A DNA stretch of 64,000 nucleotides, from assembly GCF_006345805.1 (NCBI RefSeq), contig NC_043009.1, positions 25,358,001 to 25,422,000 of the forward strand, given 5' to 3'. This stretch comes from Octopus sinensis. Lineage: Eukaryota. Below are positions 1 through 12,632 of the stretch, piece after piece (position 1 is the first letter of the stretch; each line of letters opens with the position of its first letter). The notes under the pieces were generated by a model, which saw only the letters and a program-made list of their open reading frames with translations, did no database searches and was not told where the DNA came from. The position numbers and the translations under genes were made by a program.

Positions 1-79
1 GTATTCATAAGACTCATTTGTTTGCAGAGAATATCTGTGTGTGTGTGTGTGTGTGTGTCGAAAGCTTTTTGTACACACA

Positions 80-782
<703 letters not shown>

Positions 783-3744
783 AACCCACTAATATGGGTA
801 AAATTCCTTACCTTAGGGACTTGAGCACAAGCAACCATGCAATATGCATAGCGCTGACTGAAACGCACCTGTCAAGCAGTATAGCAGATGCAGAAATACA
901 CATACCGAAGTATACTGTTTTTCGGTCGGACAGGAAGGAAAGAACTCATGGTGGGGTTGCCCTGTACGTCCGTGAAGATGTCACACCCATAGTACTGTTG
1001 ACACACTCAAACTCAGTCTGTGACACACTGATAGTACACATGAAACAACCGAAAATAGTAATATGTGTCACATATCGGCCACCAGACACCCCTAGTCATG
1101 AAGGAGTGTTTGAAGATAGCCTCAGAAGAATAGAAGAAGTCCTGGACAAACTGGACCAGGGTAACACCATTCTACTGCTGGGAGATTTTAACCTTCCGAA
1201 AGTCAAATGGCCAGATGGCCATCTCCTCCCTGGAATGACATCACTTGAACAGAGACAGACAGAGTCCTTGTTGGCTCTCACACGCAAGTTTTTCATGGAG
1301 CAAGCAGTGCTTTGGCCAACAAGAGGTGAGAATGTCTTGGACCTCTGTTTCACAAGCAACCCGATGCTCATCCACAACATAATGGTAACACCAACAATTC
1401 TCTCAGATCACAACTTAGTAGAGGTAATGATATATGGTATGAGAGAGTTAGTTGAGACGCAGCCATTAGAAAATACCACAGGCCTATCCAGTCTAAACTT
1501 CCATAAGGCAACTGGAAGAAGATCAACGAAGAGATCCGAAAACATGACTGGAGTGACTTCATCACCACACAAGACACCAACACACATTTCCAACATTTCA
1601 TGACAACAATACAGAACATATGCCATAAGTTTGTCCGGAGAAAAAAGCCAGCGGGCATAGGAACGTTATTCCCAGAGACAGGAAAATACTTATGAGGCGA
1701 AGAGCTAAGCTCTCGAAGCAACTGAATGCACGGCAGAGAAACAATGAGGGACTCCACCTGAAACTTTTTGAAACGGAAACTGCACTCAAACTTTCCTATG
1801 AGAAGGAGAGGGCAGAGAGAGAAGCCAGGGCCATAGAGAATATTAAAACAAACCCTAAAGCCTTCTTTAAATTTGCGAAAGAAACCACCTCGGTACACTG
1901 CAAGATTGGCCCACTCTTTGATAAAAAGGGCTCTCTAACTGAGGACCCCCAAGGGATAAGTGAAATACTAAAGGAACAGTATAAAAGTGTGTTCACATCC
2001 CCTCTGGGGCACATGCAAATCACAAGTTTTCTTTGATGCCACAACACTCCAAAGCCAAACAACAACCATCGACCACATAGACATAACAGAGAGGGATGTA
2101 ATATCTGCCATAGAAGAAATGAGAATAAACTCAGCTGCTGGACCAGATGGATTCCCAGCAGTCCTCCTAAAAACATGCAGGCATGCCCTAGCGGGACCAC
2201 TGAAGAAGCTCTTCAGTGGTTCCTTGGCTAACGGTAAACTGCCCAGGGCACTAAAAGAAGGCGCCATATGCCCTATCCACAAAGGAGGGAGTAGAGCAGA
2301 GGCCAAAAACTACAGGCCAGTCTCCCTGACGTCACACATAAGTAAGGTCATGGAACGAATCATCAGAAAAAAACTGATCACGTTCCTCGAAGAAACTAAC
2401 CGTCTCACTGACACACAGCATGGCTTTCGCCCAGGAAGAAGCTGCCTTACGCAGCTGTTACAACACTACGACTGGGTACTGAAACAACTACTGGATCGCT
2501 CACAGGTGGATGTGGTATATCTCGACTTTGCGAAGGCCTTTGACAAAGTCGACCACGGAGTGATATGTCACAAATTACTCAGACTCGGCATAACAGGAAA
2601 AGTAGGTGAGTGGATACATGACTTCCTGAAGGACAGAAGCCAGATGGTTGCAGCCAATGGAGCCCTCTCGGGAAAGACACCAATAGCAAGCGGGGTGCCA
2701 CAGGGCACAGTCTTGGGACCCTTGCTGTTTTTGGTGGCGCTCTCTGACATGCCCTTGGTAGCACAAACAACATCCCTCACTAGCTATGCTGATGACACAA
2801 AGGTAGCACAGGCAATCAAAAACCCAGCTGATGCTGACCTTTTACAACAAGATCTGGATGCCATATACAAATGGGCTGAAGACAACAACATGCAATTTAA
2901 TGCTGGTAAATTTCAAGCTGTAAACACATATACATTACAACACAACTATACTGGTCCAGGAGGGATTGAAATCCCAGTATCGAAATCAATACGGGACCTG
3001 GGGATAGACATGAGTGACGATGCATCTTTTTCTTCACACATCGCGAAGGTGGCGACAATGTGCAGACGACTCACTGGCTGGATCCTGAGGACATTCCGGA
3101 CAAGAGACTGCGAGACCATGTTGACACTATGGAGGACATTTGTCCTAAGCCGCCTGGACTACTGCTCCCAACTGTGGTCACCGCATAGTGTCAAACTAAC
3201 CACAGAGCTTGAGACAATCCAAAGACATTTCACCAAGAGGATTTCCACCATGAAAGAAAAGAACTATTGGGAGAGGCTTAGGGAACTCAATTTGTACTCC
3301 TTGGAACGAAGACGAGAGAGATATGCAGTGATATACATATGGAAAATCCTGGAGGGACTAGCACCAAATTTTGGAATTGAGAGCTGTTCCAATCCCCGTA
3401 CAGGACGTCACTGTGTGGTCTTCCACATCCAGGGTAAGGAGCAGATACTGTAATAGCCTGGGGTTCAGGGGCCCTCAGCTTTTCAACAAACTGCCAAGAA
3501 AACTAAGAGATCTACATGATGCGGATGTGGACATTTTCAAAAAACATCTAGACAAGCTGCTTTCCGGGATCCCAGATGAACCCACTGCAAGGTACGAAGG
3601 TAACCTAAGGGCAGCAGCTACAAACTCTCTCTTAGATCAGTGGCCAGCCACGGCAAACTGGACTTAGAGAGGGTAGCAACAAGGGCGGTGCCCCAGCATG
3701 GCCTCAGCCGGATGGCTGAAACAAGTAAAAGAGTAAAAGAGTAA
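783..3744 (+). mobile_element. CR1/L2-group non-LTR retrotransposon (LINE), 5'-truncated, ORF2 disrupted
   Basis: APE endonuclease motifs: [36 protein letters not shown] motifs: NYRPVSLTSHISKVMERII, QHGFRPGRSCLTQLL, YLDFAKAFDKV, GVPQGTVLGPLLF, YADD. CR1-type C-terminus: YSLERRRERY, FNKLP. The 3' tail ends in GTAAAAGA x2. Flanked by (TA)n on both sides. Confidence 0.93.
791..3667 (+). pseudogene. Disrupted LINE ORF2 (endonuclease + reverse transcriptase)
   Basis: Frame changes are needed near ~1510, ~1640, ~2025 and ~3420. The RT-containing segment (~2030-3420) is uninterrupted. Stop TAG at 3665-3667. Confidence 0.88.
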
Positions 3745-3765
3745 TATATATATATATACACACAC

Positions 3766-3835
<70 letters not shown>

Positions 3836-3849
3836 ATATATATATATAT

Positions 3850-3888
<39 letters not shown>

Positions 3889-3900
3889 CACATACATACA
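3745..3900. repeat. (TA)n/(CA)n microsatellite 3' of the LINE
   Basis: Directly visible. Confidence 0.95.
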
Positions 3901-4498
3901 TGCTTAGATATCTATTTTTTAGAAATCGTAGATCTTATGACATCACCACGTGTGTGTGTGTGTGTACGTACATTCACACACACACAGACACATATATATA
4001 TATATGCAGGGGTGGGTGTGTAGTGTTGCTAGACTTACTGTCAGTCTATCTGAATAATTAGGGTACCACAAAGAGGATTTCATTAATAGGTTAAAAAACG
4101 AATATCTAGAGTTTACTTAAGAACATAGTGACAACATGGAGACATTTCTACAATGGGGGCAGGACAGAATGTAATAATCTGTGTGTGTATGTATTGAATG
4201 TATATGTGAGTGGGTGTGTTTCGATTTGATTTCTTTTTTATGTTAACTTTACTTTTTGTTGAAACTGGGACACGCAGTTGTTGTTGTTTGTTTAGCCCCA
4301 GGTCAGTCTTCATTGAGCAGATCCATGATCAGAAGCGTTACAATTGTTCTTAAATATTTTCTACTTCCATTTTTTTCTCTTTTTTTTTTTTCTCTCTGGC
4401 ATAATGTATCAAGGACTATATCATCTGATGTCCCTTTCAATTTTTCTATATAAACAGAAATAGAAAGTAGTGTTTTATATTTCGGAGATTTGGGCTAC

Positions 4499-4546
<48 letters not shown>

Positions 4547-4792
4547 TCATCTGAGAGAAAGACTGTATATGTGTGTGTGTATATATATATAGAACAAGTA
4601 GAAAGATATATTTTTCAATGCGTAAATACTGACAGAGCACTATATGTAGGACGAAGTCCTTTATGATGTAATAAATATATATATATGTGTGTATGTAGTA
4701 TATATATACGCGCGCACGTGTGTGTGTGTATCTACACATCCACACATATACATATCTGTATGTGTGTATACATGTGTGCACACATATTCTCT

Positions 4793-4932
4793 ATCTTTTA
4801 CTTGTTTCAGGCATTGGTCAACAGCCATGCTGGAACACCACCTTGGAAAGTGTATATTTCCACCCTGGTGGGCAATTGAACCCCAGCCTCCGTGTGACAG
4901 GCCAGCATAGTTACCACTATGCTATCACATTG
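4793..4932 (-). mobile_element. Short SINE: tRNA-Asp(GTC)-like head plus CR1-type 3' tail
   Basis: Minus strand reads gtgatagcatagtggtaactatgctggcctGTCacacggaggctggggttcaattgcccaccaggg (A box, GTC anticodon loop, B box), then ggtggtgttccagcatggc...ctgaaacaagtaaaaga. The acceptor stem does not pair. Confidence 0.6.
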
Positions 4933-5046
4933 TGGCTCTCTCTCTCTCCATATATATGTGTGTACACATGTATAAGTATATATGCATATATACATGTTTG
5001 TGTCCCACACTCTAACCTATATATACACACACACATATATGAGTAG

Positions 5047-5378
5047 GGGACCCCCTTCGGTCTTGTATGACCATGAGATTGCACCTAGAAAGTTCCCCTC
5101 CGAGGCACAAGTCCAAGCAAGGTTGTTTATGGAAGACCAGCAGTGGCTCAAGCATACCAGCCTACCTTCTCCACACCACTGATGTTACCCAAGGGAAAGA
5201 CAAAGGGGCCGATACCGCTTGGCACCAGTGATGTTGCAATTCAGCTGAGTTAACTGGAGCAACATGAAATAAAGTGCCATGCTCAAGGACACAAAATGCA
5301 GCCCGGTCCAGGAATCAAAATCAAACTCACAACTTCATGATCGTGAGCTCGACGCTCTAACCACTGAGCCATGTGCCT
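5047..5378 (-). mobile_element. tRNA-derived SINE, family D1
   Basis: Head ggcacatggctcagtggttagagcgtcgagctcacgatcatg with A box and degenerate B box, followed by cttgagcatggcactttatttcatgttgctccagtt, a central block shared with family D2. May correspond to a described octopus OR-type SINE (not verified). Confidence 0.7.
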
Positions 5379-5379
5379 T

Positions 5380-5415
<36 letters not shown>

Positions 5416-5776
5416 CAGATTAGTCATGTTTAACATGGATGCATGTATGGCTATGTATTAAGAAGCTTGCTTCCCTGCCACATGTGTCTACTGTAGCCTT
5501 GGGCCAGCCAAAACCTTGTAAGTGGATTTGGTAGGTGGAAACTGATAGAAGCTCATCATTTGCATCTGTATGTGTGTGTGTGCTTCAGTCTATGTGTCTG
5601 TGCTTGTCTTATCATTCCTGTCACTGCTTGACAGCCAGTATTGGTGTGTTTATGTCCCTGTAACTTAGCATGCATAGCATGTTGGGCGAGTGTCTTCTAC
5701 TATAATCTTGGGCCAACTAAAACCTTGTGAGTGGATTTGGTAGACGGAAACTGAAAAAGGCCCATCGTGTATATAT

Positions 5777-5816
<40 letters not shown>

Positions 5817-8380
5817 CTCTTTTACATGTTTCAGTCATTTGACTGTGGCCATGCTGGAGCACTGCCTTTAGTTGAAGAAATCGACCCCATGACTTATTCT
5901 TTGTATTCTATCACTCTCTTTTACTGAACTGCTAAGTTTCAGGGGCATAAACACACAAACAGTTGTCAAGTGATTGTGGGAGAACAAACACAGACACAAA
6001 GACACACACACACAAATATATATACATATATATACATATATATATATAGATAGATAGATATCGGACTTCTTTCAGTTTCCATCTACCAAATCTACTCACA
6101 CACACACACACACACAAACCATCGCTTGATAACAAATGTTGGTATGTTTATGTCCCTGTAAGTCAGTGATTTGACAAAAGAGACTAATAAAATAAATACT
6201 GGCATCAATTCAAGGGTGTAAAAGTTCTTCAAGGTGGTGCCCCAGCATGGCCACAGTCTAGCAATTGAAACAAATAATTGATAAGAAACTGATGATTTGA
6301 TTAACAGATTTTCAAAAATCAAAATTCATCAAAAATTTTAAATTTGGTGCATTAATGTACTTTTCCAAGTTGAATTGCTGGAGTTATTTCACTTTCTCCT
6401 GAAAAATGTTTTTAAAAAGTTACAGAGGTTTAAATTTTGCTCATTTTCACCCAGTCAGGAAACAGGATTTGGAAGCTGTCATTTTGTGCATGACTACATT
6501 TTGTGGTCAACATCCTAAAGATAGCACATGTTTTTATATGAAAGTGTAAACATGTCAAATTCTGCTTAACATACAACATATAAGTCCCCATGACTTTTTT
6601 AAAATTTGGAATTTTCAGAAAAATTTTTTCAAATTTGTACTCTACACATGGGAATTCATCCGATTATGCCAAGAAATTTTTAGCTGTTATTTTTAGCACA
6701 TCTCATGACCAGGGTACAAGCAACAGAACGCAGCATCAATGCATGTGGCATAATGTAGAATATATTTGTCAACACACATGCTTTCTCTCTAATGAAAGAG
6801 TACTCATGTTCTGCTTGTTACTATGAAAACAGGCATAACTGTATATATGGCTTACAATTGGCTAAAATTACCCAAAAGTGTCAAACTTTAATTGCTAATA
6901 GTTCTTTCTTTATTGATTTATAACGAAAATGATTTTCATGTCATTCATTAGCCTATAAAAGTTTATCATTACACTGAATATGAAATCAGTTTGAACAAAA
7001 ATTGATACTGGCAGACAAACCCACTAAATCTGAGACTGATTACTAACATACTTAAGGGGCAGCTGGTATGAGACATGTATTTCACTGCTGGTCCTTGTGT
7101 GCCCCTTTTCCAGAGACATTCCTATACATACACATACAAGAACATAGACTGACACATACACACAGACATAGATATACACACATGCACACGCACATGTACA
7201 TGTACACATTCAACTCAGACACATCAGCTTTGTGGTGTGACCTGTTTACCCAAGAACCTGTTACAGTTTGCTGATCACAAGACTGCAGTCATGTGAGATT
7301 ATTTAGGTCACCCTAAACAAACAAGTCACCTCCAGTGACACAAGCTGAAAGGTCAAAGTGCAAAACTTTTTTTTTATCTGCTTCAGAGTTCCAGTTATAA
7401 TAAAACCTATTTTCCCCTTCTGTTTGTAAATTAATTTGTACCATTGTTTTTACCTGCCTTTGGATCTTGTGTGTGTGTAGGGGAGACATGGGGGTATAGG
7501 TAGTAGTAGTAGTACTAGTGTAGGTTACCCACTTGTTCTAAAGGGATGGTGTTAGTGGTCATGACTGTTTCCTTTTGCTGTTCTATGGACAGCTGTGGTG
7601 GTGGTGGTAGTGGTGGTGATATGGTGTTTGTGAAAATTGTGGTTAGTAATGCTGGTTATCCAGGAATTGTGATGGTAGATTTAATTATGGTGTTGATGGT
7701 GGGACTTAGTGTGGTGGTGGTGGTGTTGGTGCTGGTGATCTATTTAGTAGGATGATTTTTGTGATAATGATGTTAGTGGTGGTGGTGGCAGCAGTTATCT
7801 CTTGTGACTTCTATTATCATTTACTGATAAAAACTTTCTGGAGTCAACCAATCTCTACTGTGAAAAACGCCAACTATTTTATCATTGTTTTTTTTTGGGG
7901 TGGGGGCGGTTGGGAAGAGGATGAAGTTGGTAGCTTGAAAACCAGAGCAAGTTTAAGACTGAAGTCCAGTGAAGTTTCAGTAAATTTTTGTGTATCTCAA
8001 GTTCACTGAGGATAGTGTGTGAGAGAATGGGTTTGGATGTGAGAGGATGGATTTGTGTGTGTGTGTGTGTGTGTGTATGGATACATAGTTGCCTAAAATC
8101 CCTGTGTCAATTATATAACTGGCAATTATATAATTGATTAAACTGGACTGGGTTTATTAGTGTTAATAAAATACAATATTGTATTCTTATGTAAGATCAC
8201 TTTACAAATCAGTTTCATACCAGAAGTTGAGAAAACCCCAACAATCAGACTATTCCTTTCAACCTTTCCTGATGACTGCTGGGGTTTTCTCAACTTCCCT
8301 TGTAAATTGGCTGAGAATGTAATATATTTTATTAGTAACAATGATAATGGAACCAGTGGCAACAGTGGCCAAATATGCAT

Positions 8381-8516
8381 AGGTGCTGGCATGGCTGCAT
8401 GGTAAAAAGCTTGGTTCTCAACCACGTGATTCTGGGTTCAGTCCCACTGCATAGCACCTCTGGCAAGTGTCTTTTTTTATAGCCTCGGACTGACCAGTGC
8501 CTTGTGAGTGGACTTG

Positions 8517-8550
<34 letters not shown>

Positions 8551-8790
8551 ACTCAAAGAAACACGTCATATATCTGTGTGTATGTGTGTCTGTGTTAGTT
8601 CCCCCATTCACAGTTTGACAACCATTGTTGGTGTGTTTCCGCTCCCCGTAACTTAGCAGTTTGGCAAAAGAGAATGATAGGATAACTACAAGGCTTAAAA
8701 AAGTACTGGGGTTGATACATTCGACTAAAGTTTTGCAAGGGGGTGCCCCAGCAGAGCCACAGTCTAATAAATGAAAAAAATAAAAGATGC
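8381..8790 (+). mobile_element. tRNA-derived SINE family A (bipartite, central microsatellite, CR1-type tail)
   Basis: Head TGGCTG..TGGTA / GGTTCAGTCCC, body ccttgggcaagtgtctt...gaaactgaaagaagcc, microsatellite, then ...ggtgccccagcatggcc.cagtc..atgactgaaacaagtaaaaga. More than 20 full or partial copies in both orientations, e.g. 5430-6290, 13578-14290, 21560-22332, 30437-30915, 35208-35885, 42770-42985, 58335-59410. Confidence 0.85.
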
Positions 8791-11094
8791 ATATATATAC
8801 ATATACTCACACAAATTTTTGTCGAGGAACATAGGCTCGAAACGTAAAAGACTTTCCATTTTTCTCAACCACTGGGCCATTGCGCTTCCACATGTGTATA
8901 TATATATATGAATGAATACGTGTATGTGTTTTTATGTTATAATAAAAACAATTTTACATGCAAATCAAGAGTACTCAATAGATTTGGCAGAGTACAAATT
9001 TTATTATTCTTTAACAATAATAGTATTTAGAGTGACTTCAAATTTTTGACCAGTGCATCATCGAACTGTGTGTATGTGTGTGTTTCATCATCATCATCAT
9101 CATCATTTAATGCCCGTTGTCCATACTAGCATGGGTTGGACGGTTTGACCAGGGCTGGCAAACTGGAAGGCTGCACCAGACTCCTTTCTGATTTGGCATG
9201 GTTTTCTACGGCTGGATGCCTTTCCTAATGCCAACTACGCCAAGAGTGGAATGGGTGCTTTTACGTGCCACTGGCATGGGTGCCATTTGCATGACACTGG
9301 TATCTGCCACAACTCTGATTTTGCTCAGCTTGATGGGTCTTCCTCTCAAGCACAACATAATGCCAAAGGTCTTGGTCATTGCCTCTGTGAAATATAGTTG
9401 CACTGTATAGCGCCTTTTCCAGGTGTTTTCTTCTAGCTTCAAGTCAACCAAAGCCTTGTGAGTGAATTTAGCAGACAGAAACTGAAAGTATCTTCTCATG
9501 TAGAGTTATATACGTATGTGTGTGTTTTTATGTCACCTTGTCTTAATGTTGCACATTAGTTGCGATGGAGTTTTACCATCACACTAGGGAAATAATCACT
9601 TTGCTTGGGAACAAGTGAGGGTTGGCAACAAGAAAGGTTCATTTGAGCACTACTTTACAAAGTGTATTGAGTACATTCTTCTCTGGCACCAATATTACCA
9701 AATCTGGCACTCCGTCAGTTACAATGAAGAGCGTTCCAATTATCCCGATCAACAGAACAGCCTGATCATAAAAATTAACATGCAAGTGGCTGAGCGCTCC
9801 ACAGTCATGTGTACCCTTAATTCTGTATTGTGATTTAGCCCTACACAGAATGTGACAAGGATGGCTCTTTGAATTACAGGTACAACTCATTTTTGCCAGT
9901 TGAGTGATCTGGAGCAACATGAAATAAAGTGCAATACTTAAAAACACAATGCTCTGCCAGGAATTGTTATCATTAAGCCAGTGTTAGGAACATAAATTGT
10001 GACTAAGGTTTGGTGGAACATTTTAATTCAAAACTTATGAAAGCAAGACATTTGTACTCAGAGCCAGAGCTGGTTTTAGCCAGGTTGGTATCAAAAGGTT
10101 TAAGAATTGTTTCTCTATTATATATTTTAAGTCCTTCTAAAATACCGCCAGAGTAAACTATGGTAGACCCAGTACATTGGTTTATCCTTATTTCAGACTT
10201 TCTAAATCACTTAAAACTGTTTTATTTGTTCAGAATAAACACACCTGGTTGAAATTAACTCCACCCATGTTTACCGTTTACTGCTTTCACTTCTATCCCC
10301 AGCTCTCCGACTCCCCAACTCCCCAGCTCCATCTGTCACTCTCTGTTTGCACTCTTGCAAGCCTACCCATTCAGCTGTCCTCAATTCTTTTACTCCTATT
10401 CTCCCTTTACCCTCCGCTTTATACCTTGGCAATGTACCCTGATACCCCGTCTCCATCATCTTTGTTCCTGCCCCTGTGACATGCTTTAGCCTCTCGTCAC
10501 CTGCCACAAAACCACCTCTCTCAATACTGCACCCCTACTCAATTGAGGTGGGGGTCTTATCTTGCAAGTTACTCGGTGACCTCACGATAGTGCTGGTGCT
10601 ATGAAAAAGCACTTATGGCATTCTGTTAAGGGGTTGGCATTAGGAAGGGCATTGAAGCTGTATGAGCTTCATCAGAACAAACATTGAAGCTCCATATAGT
10701 CCTCTGTAGTCCTCTCGTTGAACCATCCACCTCATGCCAGCATGGAACACAAACATTGATGATGATGATGGTATTCCAGAGAGGCTGCTGGTCTAGTCAT
10801 CAATTCTAGGCCAGTCGTTAATCCTAACCCAAGTATATTGAGAGAGAATTCCACAGTTTGTTAATGTCAAATTAAACCAACCCAACTCATTGTTACGCCA
10901 CTGTTTGACAATAGGAAATGAATTCCTGTATGATGTTTGGTGATTTGTATTGGTCATTCAGTCAATCCTTCATCAAAGAGAAAATTGTGACCTTGTGCCA
11001 TATATCAGAAACTATCATCATCGTCATCATTATTATTATTATTATTATTATTATCATCATCATCATCATCATTATTATTATTATCATCATCATC

Positions 11095-11545
11095 ATCATT
11101 CCATTGAGATCGACTTTGCCTTTCATCCTTTCGGGGTTGATAAATTAAGTACCAGTGAAACACTGGGGTTGATCTAATCGACTGCCCCCTCCCCCCAAAT
11201 TTCAGGCCTTGTGCCTACAATAGAAAAGAATTATCATTATTATGGTGACGAGCTGGCAGAATTGTTTGTGTGCTGGTTGAAATGCTGAGCAGTATTTCAC
11301 CCATCCCTACATTCTGAGTTCAAATTCCGCCGAGGTTGGTTTTGCCTTAGCGAGCTGGCAAAATCATTAGGACACCAAGCAGAATGCTTTGCAATATTTC
11401 GTTTGTCTTTGTCTGAGTTCAAATCCCGTGCATGTCGGCTTTGCCTTTCACCTTTTCAGGGTTGTACCAATGAAACACTGGGGTTGTTATAATTGACTAG
11501 TCCCCCTCCCCCAAATTTCGGGCCTTGTGCTTTAGTAGAAAGTAT
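11095..11545 (+). mobile_element. Cluster of family B SINEs (Deu/Nin-domain-like)
   Basis: Head gagctggcagaa..gttagc, B box gagttcaaattcc, and block gcctttcatcctttcggggtcgataaattaagtaccag resembling the Deu/Nin domain. Other copies: 13288-13420, 22383-22595, 51495-51700 (-). Confidence 0.75.
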
Positions 11546-12149
11546 TGTTGTTGTTGTTGTTATTTTATTATTATTAGAGCAGTTAAAAGAATGCCTCATC
11601 ACTTTCTCCTCTGCTGTATTTATTTTGCTGCTGAAAGTCATAAAAGCAAAACCTTTTACTCTCTAAATTAGTAAATTACTATTTGTAAATCTCACAATGA
11701 GCGATATTCAGCAACAGTACTTTGGAGTAAAGATTATTTGCTAACAGATCATGGCAGTCCTGGTTTAGGATGAATGTTGCTGTAATTTAGCCCAGAACAA
11801 TTATTCTGTGCAGATGAAGGGAAATAACCTGGAAATCGTGATACACAGATATTGTTTTGAGCTGAGTGGGGTTGCTAGATTCCCTTGTTTGAAAATATAA
11901 GGACACAGATTGTGTTGTATAGCCAGCTGGAGACGATGTCTCCTGGGGCTAAATTACAGTAACATTCGTCCTAAACCAGGACTGCCATGTTATGTTGGCA
12001 AATAATTTTTACTCCTTTTACTCTCTGTTATATCCTGTCACCATTTCTGTCCTGCATTCCTTCTCTGGTCTTCCACTCCCAGCATTATTCTTCTGTCTCT
12101 CTGCTCTCTTTTTATATGCTTTCTTGAATATGCCACCTTGAGGGTAACA

Positions 12150-12335
12150 TCATACAATGGTGCCCATTTGTTTTCAGTCTTCCATGAAAAGCCTGTCCGG
12201 TCACAAGGAAATATTACCTTGCTCAGAAATGGGTGAGGCTTGGTGACGGGAAGGGCATCCGGCTATAGAAAAACAAATTCACCTTGAAAAATTCCATCTG
12301 ACTCATGCCAGCATGTAGAAGTAGACGTTAAAATG
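12150..12335 (+). mobile_element. Short repeat family F with RTE-type tail
   Basis: gaaatattaccttgct..ggtgaggcttggtgacgggaagggcatcc..catgccagcatg..gacgttaaaatgatg. Other copies: 13770-13915, 26180-26400 (-), 45305-45392, 57080-57205, 58075-58300 (-), 63285-63430 (-). Confidence 0.6.
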
Positions 12336-12596
12336 ATGGTTGCACCAGTGGCTGTGGTGGTGGTGATGATGGCGGTGGTGGTGGTGGTGGTGGTGGTGGT
12401 GGCGGTGGTGATGGTCGTTTCATCGTCATCATAATAGTGACAATGGGCACTGATGATGATGATGGTGATAATGATAATGATATTCTGACACAATTTTTAT
12501 CTGGTTTTAGATACTGTTATGTGTTTTGAAGAGTCATCAATACACACACAGACTGATTATGGTTGTTGTATTTGTTGACGTCGCCACTACCACCGC

Positions 12597-12632
<36 letters not shown>

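Noticed and set aside
4863-4932. Functional tRNA-Asp gene (likewise the tRNA-like heads at ~26060-26125 and in SINE families A and D)
   Set aside because: The acceptor stems do not pair and the heads continue into SINE bodies or tails.
6300-7030. AT-rich segment resembling a non-autonomous DNA transposon interior
   Set aside because: I could not define TIRs, a TSD or a coding remnant.
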